The notes beneath the pieces are model-generated. The model ran no database searches. It had not been told where the DNA came from and saw nothing but the letters and a program-made list of their open reading frames with translations. DNA of 47,962 bases from Puniceicoccales bacterium (GTDB lineage Bacteria; Verrucomicrobiota; Verrucomicrobiia; Opitutales; JAIRKQ01): NCBI GenBank assembly GCA_031283685.1, contig JAITBI010000033.1:1-47962 (forward strand), given 5' to 3'. The position numbers were made by a program, and so were the translations under genes. Shown piece after piece: positions 28,699-37,501 of this stretch (positions within the stretch are counted from its first letter, which is position 1; each line of letters begins with the position of its first letter).

Positions 28699-29876
28699 TG
28701 AAAGTCTTGAAAAATTTTTATGTATTAATCGTAGCAACGTTCCTGGTGTTTGCCAGTGGATGTGGGCGGAGAGGACAAGCAGTACGCCCTCCGACACCGG
28801 TGGTATCAGCGAAAGTAACGGTTGCGGATCTTCCTCTTTACATCGAAACCATAGGAAGCTGTGTAGCATCCGAATCGGTTGCCATTGTTCCCCAGGTTAG
28901 CGGTCAAATAGTTACCGTAAACTTTAAGCAAGGGCAAAAGGTAGAGGCTGGCGATCCTTTGTATGCGATAGATTCTCGCATATACGAAGCAAATTTGCAG
29001 AAGGCGAAAGCCCAGCTGATGGCCGCCGAATCAAAAATGAAGATTGATGCTGCTCAGCTGGAACGTTCGAAGGCATTGGTACCACAAAATTATATTTCTC
29101 AGCAGCAATATGAAGCATATGAGACACAGCTAGAACAGGATATCGCCAACGTTGATATGGCAAATGCACAAGTTACGCAGGCAAATATCGACATAGAACA
29201 TTGCAACATAGTATCTCCAACAAATGGTATTGCCGGGGCATACTTGGTGGATGTTGGAAATGTCGTTGGGGCGATGTCCGTCAACAAGCCACTGGTAACC
29301 ATAGAAAATGTTGACCAATTATATGTTGAATTTAGCATATCCGAGAATGATTTCTATGACTTACAAAAATTTTTCAATCTTGAAGAAGGAAAATTAAAAG
29401 TGGAAGTTTTTCCAATTTCGAATGATGGAGTCAAGAGAGAAGCATACGTTAAGTTTATCAATAATTCCATAGATAGAAAAACGGGTTCCTTAAAACTAAG
29501 GGCGTTGATGGAGAATCCGGAACATAAATTTTGGCCGGGCCAATCCGTGCGTACCAGGCTTTTGCTAACGGTAGTCAAAGGTGCGGTTTTAGTCCCTGAA
29601 GAAGCCGTAAAACTTGGACAACAGGGCAGGTATGTTTTTGTAATCAAAGGAGATAAATCGGTTGAATTTCGACTAGTGGAAATTGGGCAGATACACGGTG
29701 ATATGTTGGTGATTAAAAATGGGGTCAGTGAGGGAGAAACCATAGTCAAAAGAGGGCAATTGATGTTGGCTCCCGGAATGAAGGTGTTAGAAATGCCCGA
29801 TACGCAGCCAAACTCTTTTGAGGAAAATTTAGAAAAAAACAGGAAAATCGCGGAGAAAAACCCAACAACCAAGTAA
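28698..29876 (+). CDS. RND efflux periplasmic adaptor (membrane fusion protein)
   Basis: Lipobox ASGC, a lipoyl/barrel-sandwich hybrid region (GQKVEAGDPLYAIDS), a coiled-coil hairpin, and a beta-barrel domain. Middle gene of the operon. Confidence 0.9.
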   Translation: MKVLKNFYVLIVATFLVFASGCGRRGQAVRPPTPVVSAKVTVADLPLYIETIGSCVASESVAIVPQVSGQIVTVNFKQGQKVEAGDPLYAIDSRIYEANLQKAKAQLMAAESKMKIDAAQLERSKALVPQNYISQQQYEAYETQLEQDIANVDMANAQVTQANIDIEHCNIVSPTNGIAGAYLVDVGNVVGAMSVNKPLVTIENVDQLYVEFSISENDFYDLQKFFNLEEGKLKVEVFPISNDGVKREAYVKFINNSIDRKTGSLKLRALMENPEHKFWPGQSVRTRLLLTVVKGAVLVPEEAVKLGQQGRYVFVIKGDKSVEFRLVEIGQIHGDMLVIKNGVSEGETIVKRGQLMLAPGMKVLEMPDTQPNSFEENLEKNRKIAEKNPTTK

Positions 29877-29878
29877 AT

Positions 29879-32800
29879 ATGGAAAGTATATCTGAACCTT
29901 TTATTAGACGCCCAGTTTTGACGGTTTTATTGACTTTAATGCTGACAATTGCTGGCATATTTTCCTATCGGGCAATGCCGGTTAGTGATTTACCTGCTGT
30001 AGATTACCCTGTCATACAGGTACGAGCCATGTTTCCGGGGATGGATCCCGCAACGATGGCAGCAAATGTTGCATCCCCGCTGGAGAAAGAATTCATGAAG
30101 ATTCAAGGACTCGAAATGGTCACATCTTCTAGTTCACAGGGTGGCACAAGAATTGTTTTACAATTTTCGCTAGACAAAAGTATCGATGGAGCAGCCATCG
30201 ATGTACAATCTGCTATTTCCAGGGCAGCTGGTCTTCTTCCGAGGGACATGCCAACCCCCCCAGTATTTGAAAAAACAGACCCCAACAGCCAACCAATTTA
30301 TTATTTAGTGTTGACGAGCGATACAATGACTAACGGAGATCTTTACGATTATGCATCGGATCAAATTGCACAGCGCATAAAAGTTATCAAGGGAGTGTCG
30401 GATGTTACCGTCTATGGTGTCCAAAAGGCAGTAAAAATATTGGTAAACAATGAAAAACTCTACAATCGAGGAATAACCATCGATGATGTCATAAAGGCTG
30501 TCCAAGCAGGAACGGTTTCCTTGTCTACTGGCCAGCTAAAAGATGCGACCAAAACCCTCGTAATAAAGCCAAATGGCCAATTGGAAAATGCAAGTGACTA
30601 CTTAAATCTAATTGTGGCATATAGAAACGATGCTCCGATTTATTTGAAAGACATCGCAGAGTGCATCGATAAGTTGGAAACCGATGATTTTTCCGCCAGT
30701 TTTTGGCAATCTGGCCGTGAAGGAAATTATAATTCATCCGTAGTCCTTGCGGTTTCCCGTGCAGCAGGAGCTAATGCCATAGAATTGGCGAAAAAAATCA
30801 ACGAACTGTTGCCAGTTTTTAAGGAACAAATCCCTGGTTCTATCAATTTGATAAAAATGTACGATAGATCCAAATCTATAATAGAGTCCATAAGAGATGT
30901 AAAGCAGACATTGATAATAGCATTTGTTTTGGTTATTGGCGTAATTTTTTTATTTCTTGGTCGGTTTACGGAAACGATTATACCAATTGTCGCACTACCT
31001 TTGTCCCTATTGATTACATTCATCGTCATGCGAATGTTAAATTATTCCATTGACAACTTATCCCTCATGGCTCTGACCCTTGCCGTTGGTTTCCTTGTAG
31101 ATGATGCTATTGTCTTTCTAGAAAACATGATACGAAGGATGGAGGATTTTGGAGAAAGTCCACTAAAGGCATCCATCGAAGGAGCAAAGGAGATCAGTTT
31201 TTCGATCCTGTCGATGACCCTATCTCTCGCAGCTGTTTTTATTCCTCTTGTTTTCATGTCTGGACAGATTGGTCGGGTATTTAGGGAATTTTCCATAACA
31301 ATTGTGGTGGCCATTTTAGCGTCCGGTGTGGTTTCATTGACATTGACACCGATGATGTGTGCCCGAATGTTGAAGCCCATAAAAAAGGAGAATAAGACAA
31401 AGCTAGAAATAGCATCCCATAACCTAGAACATAGATTTTTGAAAGTGTATAGCAAGGCCCTTGACTGGTGCATTGCCCATAAAAAATTGTCAGTCATAGT
31501 TTGGGTAATAAGTTTGTTGGGAACATTATTGGCTTTTAAAGCCTTGCCGAAAACATTTCTACCGGAAGGTGATAGTGGTAATATGATGGGTGTATTTATT
31601 GCCCAAGAAGGAACATCTCCAGCCCAAATGAAAGGTTATCAGACGCAAATTAGTAACATTTTAAGGAAAAATCCCTACGTGGATAAAACAATGTCGGTGG
31701 CAGGTCTATCGGGAATGTTGCCAGGTAATCAGGGACTGGCAATTTGCGTGTTAAAGGATGGGAAACGTCCCAAAATTCAAACCGTATCGCAGATGTTAAT
31801 GCGCGATTTGTATGCTGTTCCAGGCGTGTTGGCATTTGTTCGTCCGATGCCGACGCTATCAGTGAATACCGGTGCTGTGAACACCATCCAGGGAAAGTAT
31901 GCCTATATCCTATCGGGAATGGACACGGATACCCTATATAAATGTGCGGGAGAGCTCGTGGGGGCCATGAGACAGAACCCAGGTTTTATCAGCATATCAA
32001 CGGATATGTTGATCAATAGTCCCCAAGTTTCCATAGACTATTTGCGATCCCAGGCAGCACGCTATGGCGTAAATGCGTATTCTATCGAAAACATGCTGAA
32101 GCAGGCCTATTCTGGAAATTATTGCTATCAAATTAAAACACAGACCCGCCAATATAAGGTCATAGTGGAAAGCGATGATATTTTTCGTCAAAATGCTAAT
32201 AATTTAAATTCCCTCTATTTCCGAAGTGACAGTGGAGAGCTATTGCCATTTAAAACCGTTGCAAGGACAAAGGAAACTTTGGGACCAACCCAGGTAAATC
32301 ACACGAAAAACCTTCCATCAGTTTCCATATTTTTTAACCTACATCCTAAATATCCCATAGGGAAAGCCACAGAATTCGTAGCGCAAACAGCTTCTAAAAT
32401 TATTCCGAAACATATTATTGGATCTTTCGAAGGAGAGGCCAAAACATTTAAGGAAGTATCTTCGAGTGTAATAATACTACTAATTCTCGCGATATTTGTG
32501 ATGTACATAATTTTAGGGATCATGTACGAAAGCTATATTCATCCATTGACCGTACTGTCAGCATTGCCGGTAGCGATGGTTGGAGGACTCCTGACATTGA
32601 TAGTCTTCCGCATGGAACTGTCGCTGTACGGGATTATAGGTCTATTTATGTTACTGGGCATAGTTAAGAAGAATGGAATTCTCATGATTGATTTTGCCAT
32701 TGCTCGCCAGAAAGAAGGTATGAGCAAAGAAAAAGCTGTTCACACAGCCTGCTTGGAAAGGTTTCGCCCTATCATAATGACAACGTTGGCTGCTCTGATG

Positions 32801-33007
32801 GGCCAAATACCGTTAGCAGTGGGATGGGGAGCCGATGGAGCTTCTCGACGGCCCCTTGGTTTATGCGTAATTGGAGGTTTGATAATCTCGCAAATAATAA
32901 CCCTATTTATCCTTCCCGTAATTTATCTGTACTTCGAAGATTTTCAGGAAAAAGTTTTGGACAAAATTCCATTTTTTGCTAGAGACGTAGGGGAGGATGC
33001 TTCCTAG
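29879..33007 (+). CDS. RND family multidrug/hydrophobe efflux permease (AcrB/MdtB-like)
   Basis: 1042 aa with the N-terminus FIRRPVLTVLLTL, a 12-TM topology and two large periplasmic loops. Conserved TM4 region GFLVDDAIVFLEN. Confidence 0.93.
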   Translation: MESISEPFIRRPVLTVLLTLMLTIAGIFSYRAMPVSDLPAVDYPVIQVRAMFPGMDPATMAANVASPLEKEFMKIQGLEMVTSSSSQGGTRIVLQFSLDKSIDGAAIDVQSAISRAAGLLPRDMPTPPVFEKTDPNSQPIYYLVLTSDTMTNGDLYDYASDQIAQRIKVIKGVSDVTVYGVQKAVKILVNNEKLYNRGITIDDVIKAVQAGTVSLSTGQLKDATKTLVIKPNGQLENASDYLNLIVAYRNDAPIYLKDIAECIDKLETDDFSASFWQSGREGNYNSSVVLAVSRAAGANAIELAKKINELLPVFKEQIPGSINLIKMYDRSKSIIESIRDVKQTLIIAFVLVIGVIFLFLGRFTETIIPIVALPLSLLITFIVMRMLNYSIDNLSLMALTLAVGFLVDDAIVFLENMIRRMEDFGESPLKASIEGAKEISFSILSMTLSLAAVFIPLVFMSGQIGRVFREFSITIVVAILASGVVSLTLTPMMCARMLKPIKKENKTKLEIASHNLEHRFLKVYSKALDWCIAHKKLSVIVWVISLLGTLLAFKALPKTFLPEGDSGNMMGVFIAQEGTSPAQMKGYQTQISNILRKNPYVDKTMSVAGLSGMLPGNQGLAICVLKDGKRPKIQTVSQMLMRDLYAVPGVLAFVRPMPTLSVNTGAVNTIQGKYAYILSGMDTDTLYKCAGELVGAMRQNPGFISISTDMLINSPQVSIDYLRSQAARYGVNAYSIENMLKQAYSGNYCYQIKTQTRQYKVIVESDDIFRQNANNLNSLYFRSDSGELLPFKTVARTKETLGPTQVNHTKNLPSVSIFFNLHPKYPIGKATEFVAQTASKIIPKHIIGSFEGEAKTFKEVSSSVIILLILAIFVMYIILGIMYESYIHPLTVLSALPVAMVGGLLTLIVFRMELSLYGIIGLFMLLGIVKKNGILMIDFAIARQKEGMSKEKAVHTACLERFRPIIMTTLAALMGQIPLAVGWGADGASRRPLGLCVIGGLIISQIITLFILPVIYLYFEDFQEKVLDKIPFFARDVGEDAS

Positions 33008-34232
33008 TCTGCTGATAGTTGATGACGAAAAAAATACCCGTGATGCGCTTGGACAATTGCTCGATAGCGAATATGAAGTTTTCTTTGCAACAAACTTCAA
33101 TGAGGCTGTCAACCTGATGAAAAATGAAAAATTTGACATCATTTTGACAGATTTGCGTATGGCAGGAAAGAACGGTATGTTTGTTATTGATGAGGCTTTG
33201 CGTAGGCCATATAATCCCATATGTATAATGATGTCGGCCTATGGATCGGTGGAAACAGCGGTAGAAGCAATTAAGCACGGGGCCTATGATTTTGTAACCA
33301 AACCACTGGATTTTGAAAAGTTGGAAATGCTAATGCGACGTGCACTCGTAAACAGAAACAACCAACATAACAAAAAAAGTCTTCCCGGTGATATTTCCCA
33401 AACCAAGAAGAATGTTGTCGTGAATAATTTATTTTCGCCGGACATGATAGTAGGGAAGTCCAAAGCAATTACGGACCTTTTAGGAAAAATAAAAAAGGTT
33501 GCCCAGTCGAAGGCAACGGTCCTCTTGGAAGGAGAAACAGGAACGGGCAAAGAATTATTTGCGAATGTTGTCCACTATTTCAGCAAGCGCGTTTCCAAAC
33601 CTTTTACAGCTATACATTGTGCTAGCCTGCAAAAAAATTTGTTAGAAAGTGAGCTGTTCGGGCATGAGAAAGGGGCCTTTACCGGTGCAGATAGTAAGCG
33701 CATCGGACTATTCGAATCGAGCAACGGGGGGACAATTTTTTTCGATGAGATTGGAGAAATCGATATCCAAACCCAGATAAAACTGCTACGTTTTTTGGAG
33801 ACCAAAACTTTTAATAGGGTAGGTAGTTCCGAAAATATTTCCGTCGATGTTCGCATCGTTTGTGCAACCAATCGAAATCTACAAAAACTCGTTGACCAGG
33901 GACTATTCCGCGAAGATTTACTCTATCGCCTAAACGTTGTTACCATAGAACTGCCTCCTTTACGTAAGAGGGTGGAAGACATTCCGTTGCTCCTTGACCA
34001 CTATATCAAAATTTTTGCCAAATCGAACGATCTCAATGCGGTTAACATTTCCCCTGAAGTGATGAAAATATTGATGGCATATAAATGGCCAGGAAACATA
34101 CGGGAGTTGCGAAATTTTTGTGAAAATGCCGTAATTTTTTATTCTGGCCAGGCTTTGCAAGTTGAAAATATGGACAAGAAATTTCTATGTGAAAGTCTAC
34201 AAACGAGGGATCCAAACGTAAAGTTACCTTAG
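32997..34232 (+). CDS. Sigma-54-dependent response regulator (REC + AAA+), lacking a C-terminal HTH DNA-binding domain
   Basis: REC domain: LIVDDE, ILTDLRM, VTKP. AAA+ domain: Walker A GETGTGKE, GAFTGA loop (EKGAFTGA), Walker B IFFDEIGE, WPGNIRELRN. Only 37 residues follow RELRN, with no Fis-type HTH. The start overlaps the RND permease stop by 11 nt. Confidence 0.9.
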   Translation: MLPSLLIVDDEKNTRDALGQLLDSEYEVFFATNFNEAVNLMKNEKFDIILTDLRMAGKNGMFVIDEALRRPYNPICIMMSAYGSVETAVEAIKHGAYDFVTKPLDFEKLEMLMRRALVNRNNQHNKKSLPGDISQTKKNVVVNNLFSPDMIVGKSKAITDLLGKIKKVAQSKATVLLEGETGTGKELFANVVHYFSKRVSKPFTAIHCASLQKNLLESELFGHEKGAFTGADSKRIGLFESSNGGTIFFDEIGEIDIQTQIKLLRFLETKTFNRVGSSENISVDVRIVCATNRNLQKLVDQGLFREDLLYRLNVVTIELPPLRKRVEDIPLLLDHYIKIFAKSNDLNAVNISPEVMKILMAYKWPGNIRELRNFCENAVIFYSGQALQVENMDKKFLCESLQTRDPNVKLP

Positions 34233-34239
34233 CCTAAGG

Positions 34240-35811
34240 TCATTCGGCTTCATAGGTTGATGTTAAAATTTCAACGGAAGGGTTTCTTTTTATCCCATTA
34301 CCATTGGCGACCATATGTTCCAATAGTTTAAAAACCAATGTTTTCTGATTTTTCAAATTTATTCCATCCGCAATGGCATCGACGGTCAGCTTTTTCCCCC
34401 TATTTTTCATCAGGAAAGATCCTACGGATTGTTGAACCTGCAAAATCTCCGCTGCTGCTTTCTTCCCAGCTTCCACTCCAGGTTGGTGATATGCATTTAC
34501 GTTTACCATGCTAGCATAGAACCCGACCGCACGTTCGTACAAAGCAATCAACATTCCAAGCCCGTATTCCGAAAATTTGTCGATGAAAATTTGAATTACT
34601 CCGGTACCATTCTCATTTAATGCTTTGGCTGTCCCAAGAGCAAATCCATTCAAATAATCCCCACTCCTCATGCCATTGGGGTCAACGGATGGCGAAGCAC
34701 CATCTCTGGATTTTAGCACGGAAATAATCGTTATAAAGAAATTTTGTAGTCCGTCTCGTAGCTGTTGTATGAACGAATGTTGATCTGTGGACCCCTTGTT
34801 CCCATACACGGTTAATCCCTGATGAACGATATTCCCATCGCGATCTTTTTCTTTACCAAGCGACTCCATTATCAGTTGCTGCAAATATTTGGCAAAATTT
34901 GATAACCTGTCCTTATACGGTATCACCACCATATCTTTTTTCCCCACTCCATTCGTTTCACGATACCACGCAAGGGCCATCATCATTGCTGGATTTTTGA
35001 AAGAAGAAACCCGGGTTATACTATCCATACCGCGGGCACCGGCAAGGAAAGATTTTACGGAAATCCCCTGCAAAGCTGCTGGTAACAACCCTACGGCAGA
35101 AAATACACTCGTTCGCCCTCCTACCCACTCCCACATCGGAAACCTCCCCACCCATCCTTCGGAACAGGCCTGTTTATCAAGAAGGCTACCCTGTCCTGTT
35201 ATGGCTACGGCGTGGCGAGAAAATGTGTATCCGTTTTTCTCATAGACAGCCACTACCTCGACCATTGCATTGCGAGGTTCAGGAGTACTACCGGATTTCG
35301 ATGTGACAACCACCAACGTTCGCCCAAGTCTCCCTTCTAGCTTTTTAAGAGTCAAATCAATGCCGTCGGGATCAGTATTATCTATGAAATAGCAGTTGAT
35401 TTTATTATCTCCATCCAAACTGTCACATATCAATTGGGGACCCAGGGCCGATCCGCCTATGCCTATGCATAAAGCATTTTCAAAGTTACCATCTTGGCCG
35501 GAAATGTGCCCTAGATGGACCTGTTCTGAAAATTTTAGTATTTTTTCAATCCCATCGTCAATGTCCCTTTGAATTTCTGGCAAAGGAGCAATATTTGAGT
35601 TTCGTAGCCAATAATGCCCCACCATTCTATTTTCGTCCCGGTTTGCTATGGCTCCAGCTTCCAATGCTGCCATTTCTCGATGGGCAACGGCGATTTTTTC
35701 TACCATTCCATTGAAAAACTTTTCCGAAAAACCAATTTTGCTAAAATCAATTGTCATCCCCAGCTCATTACTGCGAAACAAATATTTTTTGAATTCACTC
35801 CAGTCATCCAT
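34240..35811 (-). CDS. pgi: Glucose-6-phosphate isomerase
   Basis: IGIGGSALGP, VVTSKSGSTPE, and the PGI C-terminal signature region. 523 aa. Confidence 0.9.
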   Translation of the reverse strand: MDDWSEFKKYLFRSNELGMTIDFSKIGFSEKFFNGMVEKIAVAHREMAALEAGAIANRDENRMVGHYWLRNSNIAPLPEIQRDIDDGIEKILKFSEQVHLGHISGQDGNFENALCIGIGGSALGPQLICDSLDGDNKINCYFIDNTDPDGIDLTLKKLEGRLGRTLVVVTSKSGSTPEPRNAMVEVVAVYEKNGYTFSRHAVAITGQGSLLDKQACSEGWVGRFPMWEWVGGRTSVFSAVGLLPAALQGISVKSFLAGARGMDSITRVSSFKNPAMMMALAWYRETNGVGKKDMVVIPYKDRLSNFAKYLQQLIMESLGKEKDRDGNIVHQGLTVYGNKGSTDQHSFIQQLRDGLQNFFITIISVLKSRDGASPSVDPNGMRSGDYLNGFALGTAKALNENGTGVIQIFIDKFSEYGLGMLIALYERAVGFYASMVNVNAYHQPGVEAGKKAAAEILQVQQSVGSFLMKNRGKKLTVDAIADGINLKNQKTLVFKLLEHMVANGNGIKRNPSVEILTSTYEAE

Positions 35812-35823
35812 GGAGGACGATAA

Positions 35824-36702
35824 CTAATGAAAATAGACACCTTTAGCAATAAAATAGGAATAATGGACAAAGTATTTCAAGTATAATACTCCGAAAGGGA
35901 TTGAAAACAACAGACTATCCGTTAGGTCAAAAATTCCACCTATGCCTGGAAGTGTAGTTCCTGAATCTTTTTCATCGGCGAGACGTTTCACCACCGATTC
36001 AACTAAATCTCCAACCAGCGAAAATATGGCTAAAAGTGTGGATAAAATAATGGCTTGTCCGGTTCCTAACCCGTGTGGTAACCATTGTCGGCAGAAAAAT
36101 AAAAGAATTATCCCGACACAATTGGAAAATAAAATACCACCAAATAATCCTTCGACAGTCTTTTTTGGACTAAAATTTATGGCTAGCTTGTGTCTGCCGA
36201 AGTACTTCCCCGCAAACATACCACCAATATCGCAGCATTTTGTTACCAAAATCATCCAAAATAAAGTGCAGACGTAGTGATTGTTGCTTAGACCATAACG
36301 TGACATTTCATGGCATAATGCAATGGGGAAGCAACACATGAATGGGACAACTATGCCGACAATCGTGGACATTATACAATTTTTGGACATTTCAAGGGAA
36401 TGGGAAAGCAAGGCCTGAATCACAACTATGGATATTGATAAGTAGAGCAATTCCGCACAGGATGGCACCGCCAGATTTGGTCGATCGGCATAAAAACTTC
36501 CCAACATTAGCAAAGCACCACAAAATATCCCAGTGAAAATTAGTGGCTTTTGGCCTATCTTCCGTAACAATTTATAAAACTCCCATTGGGTCAATAGTCC
36601 AGCGAGGAAAATTAATCCCACACACCCTACTGCTCTGAAAAAATAAATCGTCAGAGACACAATGACCAAAATCAGGGTACTGCTAATTGTTCGTTTTATC
36701 AT
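35824..36702 (-). CDS. cdsA: Phosphatidate cytidylyltransferase (CDP-diglyceride synthase), with a divergent signature
   Basis: Multi-TM protein with the C-terminal motif GDLVESVVKRLADEKDSGTTLPGIGGIFDLTDS, in the classic uppS-cdsA arrangement. The usual HGG and D-R/K positions are Ile and Leu here. Confidence 0.85.
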   Translation of the reverse strand: MIKRTISSTLILVIVSLTIYFFRAVGCVGLIFLAGLLTQWEFYKLLRKIGQKPLIFTGIFCGALLMLGSFYADRPNLAVPSCAELLYLSISIVVIQALLSHSLEMSKNCIMSTIVGIVVPFMCCFPIALCHEMSRYGLSNNHYVCTLFWMILVTKCCDIGGMFAGKYFGRHKLAINFSPKKTVEGLFGGILFSNCVGIILLFFCRQWLPHGLGTGQAIILSTLLAIFSLVGDLVESVVKRLADEKDSGTTLPGIGGIFDLTDSLLFSIPFGVLYLKYFVHYSYFIAKGVYFH

Positions 36703-37423
36703 TTATTTTCCCCATTCTCCTTTCCCGGATACCATAATCTTCGATAGCCAACAAAAATTCTTTTTCATCGAAGTCAGGCCAGTAGGTTTTCGTAAAGTAC
36801 AACTCTGCATAGGCCGATTGCAATAATAAAAAATTGCTTAACCGCTGTTCTCCGGAGGTTCGAATGATCAGATCGGGATCCGGCAAATCCTTCGTATAAA
36901 GATACTGTTCAAAATCTTCCCATGTCAAATTGTCCACATCCACATTTTTATTTTTCAAAAGATTTCTCATGGCGTAGATGACTTCACTTCGTGCTCCATA
37001 ATTTAGTGCTATGGTAAGATGAAATTTGTCAAAACATGCCGTATTTTGGATCAATTTTTCAATCGCAAGCTGGAGATTGATTGGCAATTGCGACAAATCT
37101 CCTATGGCCCGAAAACGTACTTCCTTTTCGCAAAAAGTTTTGTTATATTTTTTCAAAAATTTTTCAAACAGATTCATTAAAAAGTTTATCTCCGATTCTG
37201 GCCTCGAAAAATTTTCCGACGAAAAAGCAAAAAATGTCGCATATTTGATTCCATTCTTTTCAACAACGCGCAAAATTTTTTTCACCACTGCGGCTCCTCG
37301 CCTATGTCCTTCATGACGAGGCAACCCACGCGCCTGTGCCCAACGACCATTCCCATCCATAATAAAAGCAACGTGCATGGGAATACGACTCATGGGTCCG
37401 CATATGTATGAGTTTATGGCCAA
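36683..37423 (-). CDS. uppS: Undecaprenyl diphosphate synthase (cis-prenyltransferase)
   Basis: HVAFIMDGNGRWA, and RTSGEQRLSNFLLLQSAYAELYF...WPDF. Overlaps the cdsA start by 20 nt. Confidence 0.92.
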   Translation of the reverse strand: MAINSYICGPMSRIPMHVAFIMDGNGRWAQARGLPRHEGHRRGAAVVKKILRVVEKNGIKYATFFAFSSENFSRPESEINFLMNLFEKFLKKYNKTFCEKEVRFRAIGDLSQLPINLQLAIEKLIQNTACFDKFHLTIALNYGARSEVIYAMRNLLKNKNVDVDNLTWEDFEQYLYTKDLPDPDLIIRTSGEQRLSNFLLLQSAYAELYFTKTYWPDFDEKEFLLAIEDYGIRERRMGKINDKTNN

Positions 37424-37501
37424 TAATCAAGTTTCTTGTGGATTCTTGCGGAAACTGTTCGCGAACAATATTTCTCATTTTTCATTCCCGCAAATCGATT
37501 T

